Assembly (NCBI GenBank): GCA_965223665.1
Contig: OZ245011.1
Span: 1,856,001-1,920,000 of the forward strand
From: Nitrospinaceae bacterium
GTDB lineage: Bacteria > Nitrospinota > Nitrospinia > Nitrospinales > Nitrospinaceae
Length of the DNA stretch: 64,000 nt
Reading direction: 5' to 3'
The notes under the pieces were generated by a model. It was not told the origin of the DNA, ran no database searches, and worked only from the letters and a program-made list of their open reading frames with translations. Each line of letters opens with the position of its first letter. The first letter of the stretch is position 1. Positions 27,318 to 37,722 of the stretch are shown here, one piece after another. Both the position numbers and the translations under genes were made by a program.

Positions 27318-29054
27318 TCAGTACCCCAGGGTCAGCGCGCCCGGTCGTCGTGGGTCCGAGGCACCGTAATAAATACCATTCTTTTTGAGAACCGATTGCG
27401 TGGAACCCATGGCATTTTTTTCAACGATTCGGTGGCCTCTCTTTTCCAACAACCTAAGCGTGTCCGGGCTAATACCCTGTTCCACCCGTAGCTTGTCCGG
27501 TCGCCACTGATGATGAATACGTCTCGAATTGGTCGCGTCCGAAATGTTCATGTCATGATCAATGACATTGATGATGACTTGTAGAATGGCATTGATCAAC
27601 CGCGGTCCTCCCGGACTTCCCGTTGCAAGAAACGGTTTTCCGTCTTTGAGCACCATCATCGGAGCCATCGAACTTAAAGGACGTTTCGTGGGTTGAATGG
27701 CATTCGCCTGGCCGCCGAGCAGTCCATAAGCATTGGGAACACCGGGTTTGGCGGCAAAGTTGTCCATTTCATTATTCATCAAAATCCCCGTTCCTTCCGG
27801 AACCATGCCTGAGCCGAAACTAAAGTTTAGGGTGGTGGTATTGCTTACCACATTCCCGAACCGATCCATCACAGAAAAATGAGTGGTCTCCTCACTTTCA
27901 TACGGACTCGGGGATTCCGGATGAATTTCTGAAGAGGGCCGTGTTTTTTCAGGATCAATTCCTTCTCTAAGTTTTTCTGCATACTTTTTAGAGGTGAGTC
28001 CTTCAATAGGAATGTGCCACCAATCCGGGTCTCCCAAATACTTACTGCGATCGGCAAACGCCAGTTTCATTGACTCTGCCATCAAGTGCATGCTTGCGGC
28101 ACTGAGCGCGCCCATCTCTTTTAAAGAATACCCTTCCAGAATATTCAACATTTGAATAATATGAATGCCACCGGAACTGGGAGGCGACATGCCGATAATC
28201 TCATAACCGCGATACGTGCCGCGAACCGGCTCTCGAACCGCAATGTGATAATTTTTCATATCCTCTTTTGTGATGAGTCCTCCGTGCTTCTTCATGGAAG
28301 CGAGAATTTTTTCGGCAATTGCACCCTCATAAAAAGCTTTCGGTCCGTTCTCTGCAATTTGCCGTAACGACCACGCCAGATCCTTGAAAAACATTCGTTC
28401 CCCTACCTGGTACACCGAGCCATCTGGTTTGAAATAGATCCTGCGGGTTTCCGGCCACCGTTGCAACCGCTCTTTGCCTTTGGTCAACGTGAATACCTGA
28501 TCTTTGTTAACGATGATGCCTTCTTCGGCAAGCTTAATAGCCGGGGCAATCACGGTTTTCAAAGGCAGCGTTCCATAGGTTTTTAAAACATGGGCCAGCC
28601 CTGCCACTGAACCGGGAACCCCCATCGACTTGAAACTCGATTGCGCCAATTCAACATCTACTTTTCCTTCTTTGTCGAGATACATGTCGAACGTTGCTTT
28701 AAGGGGTGCCATTTCCCGATAATCAATAGCAACGGTTTCCCCGGTCTCCCCGATATGCACCAGCATGAATCCGCCGCCTCCTATATTTCCTGCACGCGGC
28801 AACGTGACGGCCAGAGTGAACGCAACCGCCACAGCAGCATCCACAGCGTTACCACCTTCTTCAAGAATCCTTAATCCCACGCGGGTGGCTGTGGCTTCCT
28901 GGCTGGCCACCATGCCGTTTTTACCCATGACCGGATGAAACACATCTTTTTGGGAATAGATTCCTCCCTGCTGAGCCAATCCGGGGGAAAGAGAAAATAG
29001 AATCATAAGTAAAAGCGAACTTAGGGTCGCAAAAATTATTTTTTTATTAAACAT
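27318..29054 (-). CDS. ggt: periplasmic gamma-glutamyltransferase
   Basis: Signal peptide, GGNAVDAA, IDYRE, ETTHFSV, NNEMD, RPLSSM, GSPGG, ASDPR. Confidence 0.95.
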   Translation of the reverse strand: MFNKKIIFATLSSLLLMILFSLSPGLAQQGGIYSQKDVFHPVMGKNGMVASQEATATRVGLRILEEGGNAVDAAVAVAFTLAVTLPRAGNIGGGGFMLVHIGETGETVAIDYREMAPLKATFDMYLDKEGKVDVELAQSSFKSMGVPGSVAGLAHVLKTYGTLPLKTVIAPAIKLAEEGIIVNKDQVFTLTKGKERLQRWPETRRIYFKPDGSVYQVGERMFFKDLAWSLRQIAENGPKAFYEGAIAEKILASMKKHGGLITKEDMKNYHIAVREPVRGTYRGYEIIGMSPPSSGGIHIIQMLNILEGYSLKEMGALSAASMHLMAESMKLAFADRSKYLGDPDWWHIPIEGLTSKKYAEKLREGIDPEKTRPSSEIHPESPSPYESEETTHFSVMDRFGNVVSNTTTLNFSFGSGMVPEGTGILMNNEMDNFAAKPGVPNAYGLLGGQANAIQPTKRPLSSMAPMMVLKDGKPFLATGSPGGPRLINAILQVIINVIDHDMNISDATNSRRIHHQWRPDKLRVEQGISPDTLRLLEKRGHRIVEKNAMGSTQSVLKKNGIYYGASDPRRPGALTLGY

Positions 29055-29069
29055 GATGGTTGACTCCCT

Positions 29070-30377
29070 TTACAACATCCCCGAAAGCAGAGTGGCAATT
29101 CCTAAAAAGGAAAAGAACCCGGCAATATCCGTTACCGTAGTGAGAATAATCGAAGAAGCCGTTGCCGGGTCCTGACCTAATCGCGTCAATATAATTGGAA
29201 CTGAAGCGCCTGCGAACCCGGCGGCGACCATAGACAGAACCATTGAGATGGCAATCACCAACGCCAAACCAATTGAATGACTCCAAAAGTAAACACCGAT
29301 GGCGGTCGTCAATGCGATGGCGATTCCGTTTATCAGCCCCACCCACACTTCTTTGAAAACCACAGCCGCCCATTGGCGAACACTGATTTCTTTTAACGCG
29401 AGTCCGCGCATAGTGACGGCCAAAGCCTGGGCACCGGCGTTTCCCGATTGACCCGCCACTACGGGAAGTAACACCGCCAGAGCAGTAAACTTTGCGATAG
29501 TAGACTCAAAAATACCAACCACACTGGCCGCTAAAAAGGCGGTTACAAGATTGATCTCCAACCAGGGCAATCGTTTCTTTACTGAAAAAAGAGGTTTGGA
29601 AAGAGCGCGTTCATCCTTACTCGCTCCAAACATCGTTTGGATATCTACAGTGGCTTCTTCTTCAACCGCTTTGACTAAAGCATCGTAACGAACGACTCCA
29701 ACCAGATTTCCGGAAAGATCCAACACGGGTAAATTTGAGATTTTAAACTCTTCCATTTTGGTGACAATTTCTTCACGCGGGTCCATCGGGTTCACAAATG
29801 CTTTGATGGGTTGCGCTAATTCTTTAAGCGTTTGCAATGGTTCAGCCAGTGCAAGATCCTGCATTTCCAGTCTTGAAACCAGTTTGTTTTTGTCGTTGAT
29901 TAAAAATAATGTGCGCGTTGGTTTGAACTTGAGCTGGCGAAGTCGTTTAACACATTGCCGAACGGTCATGGAATCACGAAAAGGATGGGCACGTGTGTCC
30001 ATCAACCGACCTGCTGAGTCTTCCGAGTAGGTCATCATGTTTCGATAATCTTTTTGCAACGTGGCATCGACTAAACCTAAAATCCGATCCATGTTTTCTT
30101 TTTCCAACTTGACCAACAGGTTAAGAATTAAATTTGGGTTGGATTCATATAAAAGAGTTCGGAGAGTGGTGTCGGGCAACCTAGAAAAAATTTCCGTTGC
30201 AATATCCGGACTGAGCAGTTCCAGAATTTTGACAATCAAAGGAATCGGCTGAGTCTCTAATAACTTCCCGCCCACTTCCGGTTCCAGCAACTCCAACTCT
30301 TTAACCGCCTCGGAAGGATAATCCGTGAAAAACCGATGATTTAATTTTGCAACAGCATTGCCGGAGTTAGCGATCAT
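29070..30377 (-). CDS. mgtE: MgtE-family magnesium transporter
   Basis: N domain, CBS pair, RLPWL, GNAGAQ, DPATAS..LTTVTD. Confidence 0.9.
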   Translation of the reverse strand: MIANSGNAVAKLNHRFFTDYPSEAVKELELLEPEVGGKLLETQPIPLIVKILELLSPDIATEIFSRLPDTTLRTLLYESNPNLILNLLVKLEKENMDRILGLVDATLQKDYRNMMTYSEDSAGRLMDTRAHPFRDSMTVRQCVKRLRQLKFKPTRTLFLINDKNKLVSRLEMQDLALAEPLQTLKELAQPIKAFVNPMDPREEIVTKMEEFKISNLPVLDLSGNLVGVVRYDALVKAVEEEATVDIQTMFGASKDERALSKPLFSVKKRLPWLEINLVTAFLAASVVGIFESTIAKFTALAVLLPVVAGQSGNAGAQALAVTMRGLALKEISVRQWAAVVFKEVWVGLINGIAIALTTAIGVYFWSHSIGLALVIAISMVLSMVAAGFAGASVPIILTRLGQDPATASSIILTTVTDIAGFFSFLGIATLLSGML

Positions 30378-31224
30378 ATTTGGACTCCTTGTGAGTAGTA
30401 CTGCTGTCCGGCGAAGCACCGGTTACAGATCCGACCAGCCACTTTAGTGCAGAAATGTAAGCCTTGATCCCATCCATGAAAACGGAATCCATTTGCTCAG
30501 AATCGGTTTTCTCTCCGGAGATAGCCATGGCCCGGTTCAAGTTATTGAGCGTCAACATCCCCACGAACTTGGATTTGCCGTCCACCACCGGCAACGCCTC
30601 AAAACGATCCCAATAAGGAGAAGGAGCCACGGATTGGATGGTGGCTCTATCGGAGAGGGTGATAAAGTCACGCTCCATAATTCTAGAGACAGGAGTAGAA
30701 TCTTTTGTCGTAATCAGTTTAGCAATATGCAGTGTGCCTATCACCAACCCATGGGAGTCCACCACGCAGGGCGCATAATCAATTTCTTTTTTTGCCAGAC
30801 GAAAGGTTTTGCGAATTTGTTCCACTAAGGTGGTTTCCGTTACCGCCGGAATTTCAGAATCCATCCACGAGCCCACCAAATGAGAAGGATAGGATAATTT
30901 CTTTTTGATTAAAGCTTTCTTTTCCGGTACCAATTCTTTCAAAATTACTTTAGACATAGAATTAGGTATAAAACGAAACAGCGAGATTCCTTTATAAGCT
31001 TTCATACTGTTAAGGAACTCGGTACCTTTTTCGGGAGGAAACCTAAGAAAACATTGGGCGGCATATTGCGGCGCCAGAATTTCCAGCGTTTGAGCTGCCA
31101 GGTCCGTAGGCAATTCTTTTAACAATTCCACGGTGTCTTCCACCGGAAGGCTTTCCAAAGCATTCGCCGAATTCCTGGGATGCAGTTTTAAAAAATTTAT
31201 TGTAAACGCAGTGACCTCATTCAT
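30367..31224 (-). CDS. soluble MgtE-N/CBS-pair protein
   Basis: Helical N domain, YP...VGSWM, CBS pair (LPVVD..KFVG); no TM region. Confidence 0.8.
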   Translation of the reverse strand: MNEVTAFTINFLKLHPRNSANALESLPVEDTVELLKELPTDLAAQTLEILAPQYAAQCFLRFPPEKGTEFLNSMKAYKGISLFRFIPNSMSKVILKELVPEKKALIKKKLSYPSHLVGSWMDSEIPAVTETTLVEQIRKTFRLAKKEIDYAPCVVDSHGLVIGTLHIAKLITTKDSTPVSRIMERDFITLSDRATIQSVAPSPYWDRFEALPVVDGKSKFVGMLTLNNLNRAMAISGEKTDSEQMDSVFMDGIKAYISALKWLVGSVTGASPDSSTTHKESKYDR

Positions 31225-32068
31225 TCGGATTCTCCTCTTTAATGATCAAAAAAGAAGGATCGGTATGAAAAAATTTAGCAGGGACGATCACACGTCCTTC
31301 GGTGGTTGATAACACCATGGAAGTTGGATTCAATTCGAGCACGGTTCCTTCTATACTGCCAAACCTCAAATTTTGACCTGGCTGATAGACCTTCTTTAAC
31401 TGGTGACCGCTGATCAAATTACTGGCCAGGTCTTTAGTTCCCAGGCCCAATGCCAGCGCCAGACTGCCTAAAACTGCACCGAGTATGATTGATAACAGTG
31501 TGACAATAAAGTCGACCGCAATTCCCACCTGGTCCAGTCCAATGATAATGGCAGAGATCAAAATGGTTCCCTGGACAATGCCGCCTAGTAATTTCGAATA
31601 AGAAATTTGAGAAGCTTCGGTCGCAGAAAGAGTCAATTCTTTCCCGAGAGCGCTTAACAGGACCCCGAATACAATGATCAAGATTCCGGCAAAGATTTGC
31701 GGGAAATAGGCGATAAGCCGATTCACCCAAATAGAGAACGCAGTCAGCCCGAGAATTTCGGCAGATAAAACTGCAAAGAAAATAATGGTTCCCCAAAACA
31801 CAATCTTGCTGAACAGGGTAGTGATTGTGCTCGACAATTCAAAGCGCGCCAGGTTTCCTTTGGAGAGCAGTTGTTTTAAAACTCGGTTGAAAATGCTTGC
31901 CAGTCGTATACTCAGTGCCTTCAACATGCGAGCCACAAACCAACCAAAAATAATCAGAATGACGGCACCAAACAGTTTAGGAGAAAACTCAATCAATTGT
32001 TTCCATAAACCTGAAAACGTATTGGGCAATTCTTCAAGTGATTTCGTTAATTCATTCATGGTGGGCAC
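31217..32068 (-). CDS. MscS-like membrane protein with TM-helix repeats (CmpX-like)
   Basis: Repeated PKLFGAVI/PQIFAGIL helices; ALGLGTKDLASNLISG; short beta domain. Confidence 0.8.
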   Translation of the reverse strand: MPTMNELTKSLEELPNTFSGLWKQLIEFSPKLFGAVILIIFGWFVARMLKALSIRLASIFNRVLKQLLSKGNLARFELSSTITTLFSKIVFWGTIIFFAVLSAEILGLTAFSIWVNRLIAYFPQIFAGILIIVFGVLLSALGKELTLSATEASQISYSKLLGGIVQGTILISAIIIGLDQVGIAVDFIVTLLSIILGAVLGSLALALGLGTKDLASNLISGHQLKKVYQPGQNLRFGSIEGTVLELNPTSMVLSTTEGRVIVPAKFFHTDPSFLIIKEENPNE

Positions 32069-32229
32069 CTATATAAATTTTTTAATATCAATCAGTCCAT
32101 TTGAAGTCGATTTGACATTTATTGGATAATCCCTGTTTAAAATCGGTTCAACAATTATTGGATACACTAAACAATTTTTGACTTTAGAACTTTGGAGCCG
32201 ATATAGAGGAACGAGAAAAAAGCTAAAAC

Positions 32230-33195
32230 TTAATCGAAAGATTCGAGATCCTTTTTTATATGTAGATCGCGTTGCGGGAATGGAATCGAAATATTATGCT
32301 CTTTAAATTTTTTCCAAATGGAAAACATGACTTCACTTTGAGGGGTGTAGCGGCCTTTGGTGACATCTTCCACCCAGAAATAAAGTAAAAAGTTCACCGA
32401 GCTGTCCCCAAACTCGCGCAAAAAACATACCGGTTTAGGGTCCTGCATGCACCGTGGGTGTTCGCTTGCCGCTTCTATCATGAGCTCGCGCGCCTTTTCA
32501 ATATCAGAATTGTAGGAGACTCCCACAGTAAAAGCGATCCTTCCTTTGGAGTTATTAAACGTCCAGTTGGTGACGCGGTTTGCAATAAAATCTTCATTAG
32601 GGATCATAACCTCTTTGCCGTCGAACGTTTCAATCAAAGTGAACCGCGCGCCTGTTTTTCTGATAAACCCGTATACCGTGTCATGCACTTCCACCAGGTC
32701 CCCGTTCTCAATGGATTTTTCAAATAACAGAATCAACCCGCTGATGAAGTTTGAAGTGATTTTTTGCAGACCAAAACCGATACCGATGCCGATGGCTCCG
32801 CTAAAAATCGCAAGCGAGGTTAAATCGATTCCCAGAATTTCCAACGCCACAATGAACGCTATGAAGTAAATCAGAATCTGCGCAATTTTGATGAAGAGCG
32901 CCTTATTGCCTTCTCTCATGGATTGAACCGATTGAATTCTTTTTTCCAGAAATTCGGAGAGAATGCCCGTGGCCCAAATCAGTAAAATCAGAATCAAAAA
33001 AAACTTGGTTACAATGTAAACAGAAAACCGTGCATCGCCAACACGAAAAGACAACGCCTCGGAATCCAGAAACTCTTTGATCGGCTGAAGGTAATCTAAA
33101 AACCCCAACGCCAAAAACCCAAGAGCAAACAACGCCAATAACAACTTAGCCACCCATGCACGGGGTTTCAGTAAGGATATCCAGGTTTCATTCAT
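32230..33195 (-). CDS. MscS mechanosensitive channel
   Basis: GIGFGLQKITSNFISG, IPN, VTNWT, VGVSY, IPFPQRD. Confidence 0.93.
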   Translation of the reverse strand: MNETWISLLKPRAWVAKLLLALFALGFLALGFLDYLQPIKEFLDSEALSFRVGDARFSVYIVTKFFLILILLIWATGILSEFLEKRIQSVQSMREGNKALFIKIAQILIYFIAFIVALEILGIDLTSLAIFSGAIGIGIGFGLQKITSNFISGLILLFEKSIENGDLVEVHDTVYGFIRKTGARFTLIETFDGKEVMIPNEDFIANRVTNWTFNNSKGRIAFTVGVSYNSDIEKARELMIEAASEHPRCMQDPKPVCFLREFGDSSVNFLLYFWVEDVTKGRYTPQSEVMFSIWKKFKEHNISIPFPQRDLHIKKDLESFD

Positions 33196-33410
33196 GATTT
33201 ATTAACTATAAAAAAAGAACCAAAAGGAATAAATGATGTTTTCGAATTCAATTCCGTTTATCAACGTCAGATAACATTAAAATCAAACACTCGCATCAAT
33301 CGCATTGATTATACATTTGAAATTCCAAAACTCACAATGAAAGTAATGCATGTTGAAAAACGAGAGCCCCGAGCGAGTTTTTTCATATAAGATCAATCTT
33401 TAACGGAAAT

Positions 33411-34256
33411 TTAAATTTTAGAAAAGGAGATATTGTAAGAGAGGGTGGATTGGGCGTCAGTGCCACGGAAATTGCCTGTGGTAGGGGCCGCCAGGCCAGG
33501 GTGCGCTGCGGAGGCGAGTGCTATATGACGATCAGTCACGGCCAGTCCGTGGGACGGATCAAACCCACGCCATCCACCACCGGGGAGAAACACTTCGGCC
33601 CAGCCATGGAGTTCCGGAGGTTCGGCTTCGTCTTCCACAAAATAGTATCCGCTGGTGAACCGGCTGGCCAACCCGATGGATCGGCACGCATCCATAAACA
33701 ACACAGAGAGGTCTCGGCATGCACCTTTCTTTTCCCGAAAAACGGTTTCGGGCAATTCCGGGTTCCCTTCATGGCGCAGTTCCAGTTTAAAGTTTTTATG
33801 AATTTCTTCTGCCAGTTTTCCCAGAAACAAAAGTGGATCTTGTCCCACTTCCTTTAATAGTGATTTTGCAAACTCGTCGACTGCGGAAGATGGATGCTGT
33901 CGCGTTAAGTACGTAGCCAACGTATCTACATATGACGTCGAATAGGTAAAAGGAACCTTTAAGAACTCCGGATTAATTAAAATAAAATCATAGGGATTGG
34001 TCTTCAATGTTTCGACTTCGGAGTTGGCGGTGATGGACAACGTGGACGTCAAGCCCTGAAACCACAGACACGTAGCGGTGGTTCCTTCAAGGTCAGTGAT
34101 TTCCGCCTGGCCCTGCGGCGTAGGTTTCACTGTCATCTTGAATTGGTGGAGCTGTTGCCAGACATCGGTGCGTGGGCGCAGTCGAACGGTTAGCGGTTCG
34201 AGAAAAATTTCTTTAGTGTAAGTGTAACTCAGTCGATGTTCTATTTTAAAACGCAT
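33411..34256 (-). CDS. transglutaminase-like protein (Bact_transglu_N + core)
   Basis: LRLRP-like N domain; GACRD, LHGWAEV, GFDP Cys-His-Asp triad. Confidence 0.92.
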   Translation of the reverse strand: MRFKIEHRLSYTYTKEIFLEPLTVRLRPRTDVWQQLHQFKMTVKPTPQGQAEITDLEGTTATCLWFQGLTSTLSITANSEVETLKTNPYDFILINPEFLKVPFTYSTSYVDTLATYLTRQHPSSAVDEFAKSLLKEVGQDPLLFLGKLAEEIHKNFKLELRHEGNPELPETVFREKKGACRDLSVLFMDACRSIGLASRFTSGYYFVEDEAEPPELHGWAEVFLPGGGWRGFDPSHGLAVTDRHIALASAAHPGLAAPTTGNFRGTDAQSTLSYNISFSKI

Positions 34257-34274
34257 GCAATTGCGTTCCCCTCC

Positions 34275-34997
34275 TTAAGACTTTCCGAAGATGTCATCAA
34301 TCCAGTCTGCAGGTAATTCATCGAGAGAATGGCGCACTCGACTCTGCCACCACTCAGACACATTCAATAAATCTTCCTTTTCGTATTCATGCAGAATCAT
34401 ATGATTGGAGTCTTTTCTATAGAACACCACATTGATGGGAAAGTCCACGTTACTGGAGCAGCGACGGGTTGCATCAAACGCCAGAAACGCAGCCTTGACC
34501 GCCATCACCATACTGGAATCATAGTTCAGCACCAGGTCAAGCAGCGGTTTGCCGTATCCGGATTCTCCAATGATCTGATAAGGTGTTTCCGGGGTGACTT
34601 CCACCCAGTTGGCCTGCGGATAAACAAGATATAGCTTGTGCTCCTCATCTTCTTCAAGTTGGCCTCCTACTATGGAGTTCAAATCAAACACCAGGCCACT
34701 TTCATGGAGGGCGTTTTTGTCTTCGCGAGCCACCTTGCGGATCTGTTCCGACAAATGGTTCACTGCCTTATAAGTTTTTTTCAGGTGAGGATCGGAGTTG
34801 TGTGGATGTTCTTCAAAGTAGGTCACCGCTTTATCTCGAACAGAACGGAGCCCGGAGGTCATCAAAAATAATTGATGTTTTCCCTGTTCATGCAATGAAA
34901 CCTTACGGGCAGTGGCAACCTCCGATCCCGTGGTCAAACGACTGTCAGAAAGGGCCACCAGACCGCCCTCCACTTTTATGGCAATACAAAATGTCAT
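34275..34997 (-). CDS. proteasome-type Ntn protease (Anbu-like)
   Basis: MTFC N-terminal Thr, SDSR, RK, GGQ, LVYP, IGESGYGKP; canonical operon context. Confidence 0.88.
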   Translation of the reverse strand: MTFCIAIKVEGGLVALSDSRLTTGSEVATARKVSLHEQGKHQLFLMTSGLRSVRDKAVTYFEEHPHNSDPHLKKTYKAVNHLSEQIRKVAREDKNALHESGLVFDLNSIVGGQLEEDEEHKLYLVYPQANWVEVTPETPYQIIGESGYGKPLLDLVLNYDSSMVMAVKAAFLAFDATRRCSSNVDFPINVVFYRKDSNHMILHEYEKEDLLNVSEWWQSRVRHSLDELPADWIDDIFGKS

Positions 34998-35018
34998 GTG
35001 AACTCTCTCCGAAAAAAA

Positions 35019-35987
35019 CTATTTTGATAGGTACATTTGGGGAACAAAGTAGGTTTCGTGGATAGCATCGAGAACTAAATTCAATTCTTCCTGAATTTCA
35101 TCAATGTACTCATGCAAACCGGTTTGAATCACTTCTTCGACCACAGAATAATTGAGTTTAGCGCGTAACTTTCCAAGTCGACGTTCCGGCAAGCTATTCT
35201 GCGAACCTCCCGAATGAGCAGCTACAGAATAAAGGGAACGGTACGCCATGGCAATACAATGTAGAATAGATCTCGGAAACTGCGGGTCCAGCATTAAAAA
35301 TTCAACCACGTTACTGGGTGAAATTTGCCGATACTTTTTCCGATATGCTTCCAGGCCGCTGGTGGATTTCAAGAGTGCCGCCCACTGGATTTTATCCAGC
35401 GCGGAACCGACAAGGTCCACTCGCGGTAATAATAAAAAATATTTTACGTCTAAAATTCTTGAGGTTTTATCCGCCCGTTCCAGGTAGCGTCCCAATTGCA
35501 CGAAATCCCATTCTTCGCCTTGGTTCATCGTGGCGTTAGTGACTCCGGCAAACAAATGGCAATCCATTTTAATTTGTTTGAAAAAGTGGGGGCTGTCTTC
35601 AAATCCTCGATTACTCGTTTCTGCCGCTTTACGAACCATCAGGTAGAGTTTGTTAACCTGTTCCCACATTTCTGATGAGATAATTTCCCGAATGGACCGC
35701 GCGTTTTCTCGGGCTGCGATTAAGCAGGACAGAATGGAATTAGGGTAATCCCCATCGAACGTATGAAAATGAATAACGTTCTCGGCGTTGGCCTCTTTAT
35801 ATTTTTCTTTGAAATAGACTTCGTCTCCGGTGATGTTGATCAACGGTTCCCACGGGTTTCCAAATTGAGACTCTCGTGGTAAATCCAGGAGCATGGAAAG
35901 GTTAACATCAATGAACCGAGCGGCGTTTTCCGCCCGCTCTAAATAAGAGCTCATCCAGAATAAAGAATTTGCCACACGACACAGCAT
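35019..35987 (-). CDS. alpha-E domain protein
   Basis: MLCRVA..LFWM..YLERAE, ARENAR, GRYLERAD, FPRS. Confidence 0.92.
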   Translation of the reverse strand: MLCRVANSLFWMSSYLERAENAARFIDVNLSMLLDLPRESQFGNPWEPLINITGDEVYFKEKYKEANAENVIHFHTFDGDYPNSILSCLIAARENARSIREIISSEMWEQVNKLYLMVRKAAETSNRGFEDSPHFFKQIKMDCHLFAGVTNATMNQGEEWDFVQLGRYLERADKTSRILDVKYFLLLPRVDLVGSALDKIQWAALLKSTSGLEAYRKKYRQISPSNVVEFLMLDPQFPRSILHCIAMAYRSLYSVAAHSGGSQNSLPERRLGKLRAKLNYSVVEEVIQTGLHEYIDEIQEELNLVLDAIHETYFVPQMYLSK

Positions 35988-36067
35988 TTTAAAATAGGAC
36001 TCCTATCTTAATATTCCTTTGAGACCTCGATCGAAACCCAAAACTTTTATTTTTAACGAAACAACTC

Positions 36068-37501
36068 TCATTCATACAATACCCAAGTGTCTTTACTGCC
36101 GCCGCCCTGTGAAGAATTTACAATCAGCGATCCTTTTTTTAAAGCGACCCGCGTCAAGCCACCCGGGATCACCTGAATTTCTTCCCCGTATAGTATAAAA
36201 GGTCGAAAATCGACATGTCTTGGCTCAAAGTGATCGTCTACAATCACCGGTGCGCGGGAAAGCGAAATGACAGGTTGCGCAATATAACTTCTGGGACTCG
36301 CTTTAATTTTCTCCGCAAACTCATCCTGCTCTTCTTTTGTAGAACTCGGACCCATCAGCATTCCATACCCACCCGATTCCGCCACTGCCTTGACCACCAA
36401 CTGATCCAGGTTTTCCAGAACATGCTGGCGTTCGCTATCAATTACACAGCGATAAGTGGGGACATTAGGAATAATCGCGTCCTCTCCCATGTAATACTTG
36501 ATGATGTCTGGAACGTAAGAATAAATCAGTTTATCATCGGCCACGCCCAGCCCCGGTGCATTCACCAAAGCCACACGACCTTCTTTATAAACTTTCATTA
36601 ACCCCGGGACACCCAATAATGAATCGGGGTTAAACACTTCGGGATCAATAAACTCATCATCTACCCGTCGATAAATAGTATCCACCTTTACGAGTCCTTT
36701 GGTGGTTTGCATATAAACAAACCTGTCTTTTACGACAAGATCACTTCCTTCCACCAGTTCTTCCCCCATGCTTTGTGCCAGAAAGGAATGTTCAAAATAT
36801 GCGGAATTATAAATTCCCGGTGTGAGCACTACCGAACTGGGGTAGGTGGCGGTGTCTGAAGAAAGGAAATATAAAAGGTCCAACAAACGACTGGTGTAAT
36901 CTTCCACCGGTTGAATTTGTAGGGTTTCAAAAACTTTAGGAAACGTCTGCTTTTGGATTTGGCGGTTGCCGAGCACATAGGACACTCCGGACGGACAGCG
37001 TAAATTATCTTCGAGTACCATAAACTGACCTTGCCGGTCACGAATGAGATCGATACCGCTAATGTGACACCAAATTCCTTTTGGAGGATTGATGCCCACG
37101 CATTCAGGGAGAAATCCTTTGCAGGACAAAATAATTTCCTCGGGAATCACTTTGTCTTTGATGATTTTTTGCTCGTGATAAATATCGTTTACGAATTGAT
37201 TGAGGGCATAAACCCTTTGCTTGAGTCCCGGCACCAACTTTCCCCAGGTAGCTCCATCAATGATGCGAGGGATAATATCGAACGGAAAAATTTTTTCGAC
37301 CCCTTGAGAGTCGGCATACACGTTAAAGGTACTTCCCAATTGCATGAGAGCCGATTCCGCAGTGGCTTGCCGATTGATTAACCCTTGCACTGGAAGATCG
37401 TTGATGCGCTCCACAAGGGGAAGGACCCACGGGTAAGGTTTTCCGGGGGATTCAAAGAATTCATCAAAAAAATCTCCAGGGTCATAAGAATTGAAATTCA
37501 T
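36068..37501 (-). CDS. circularly permuted type 2 ATP-grasp ligase
   Basis: PFDIIPR, VLEDNLRCPSG, NSAYFEH, IYRRVDD, SGGYGM, GGLTRVAL, NSSQGGGSKDTWV. Confidence 0.95.
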   Translation of the reverse strand: MNFNSYDPGDFFDEFFESPGKPYPWVLPLVERINDLPVQGLINRQATAESALMQLGSTFNVYADSQGVEKIFPFDIIPRIIDGATWGKLVPGLKQRVYALNQFVNDIYHEQKIIKDKVIPEEIILSCKGFLPECVGINPPKGIWCHISGIDLIRDRQGQFMVLEDNLRCPSGVSYVLGNRQIQKQTFPKVFETLQIQPVEDYTSRLLDLLYFLSSDTATYPSSVVLTPGIYNSAYFEHSFLAQSMGEELVEGSDLVVKDRFVYMQTTKGLVKVDTIYRRVDDEFIDPEVFNPDSLLGVPGLMKVYKEGRVALVNAPGLGVADDKLIYSYVPDIIKYYMGEDAIIPNVPTYRCVIDSERQHVLENLDQLVVKAVAESGGYGMLMGPSSTKEEQDEFAEKIKASPRSYIAQPVISLSRAPVIVDDHFEPRHVDFRPFILYGEEIQVIPGGLTRVALKKGSLIVNSSQGGGSKDTWVLYE

Positions 37502-37651
37502 ATATTTCCTAAAGCAAGGCCCCATGAAAAAGGAACCTTTGAGCCAAACGAACAATAAAGAGGTGTGCGCTCCCCTAAAAAAACTGTCCTATTATACAGG
37601 ATTCATTATTCTAAAACCTACAATATTAAATTAGAAAAACTCTAAAAAATT

Positions 37652-37717
37652 GATGAATTCAGAAAACTGGTTAGAACCCAACGCGCCGAAATTCAGGAAA
37701 AGAAAAATAATCTTTAA
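37652..37717 (+). pseudogene. 3' remnant of the Hc1-like gene
   Basis: Encodes DEFRKLVRTQRAEIQEKKNNL*, near-identical DNA to about 27230-27292; in-frame stop just upstream. Confidence 0.75.
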
Positions 37718-37722
37718 TCCAT

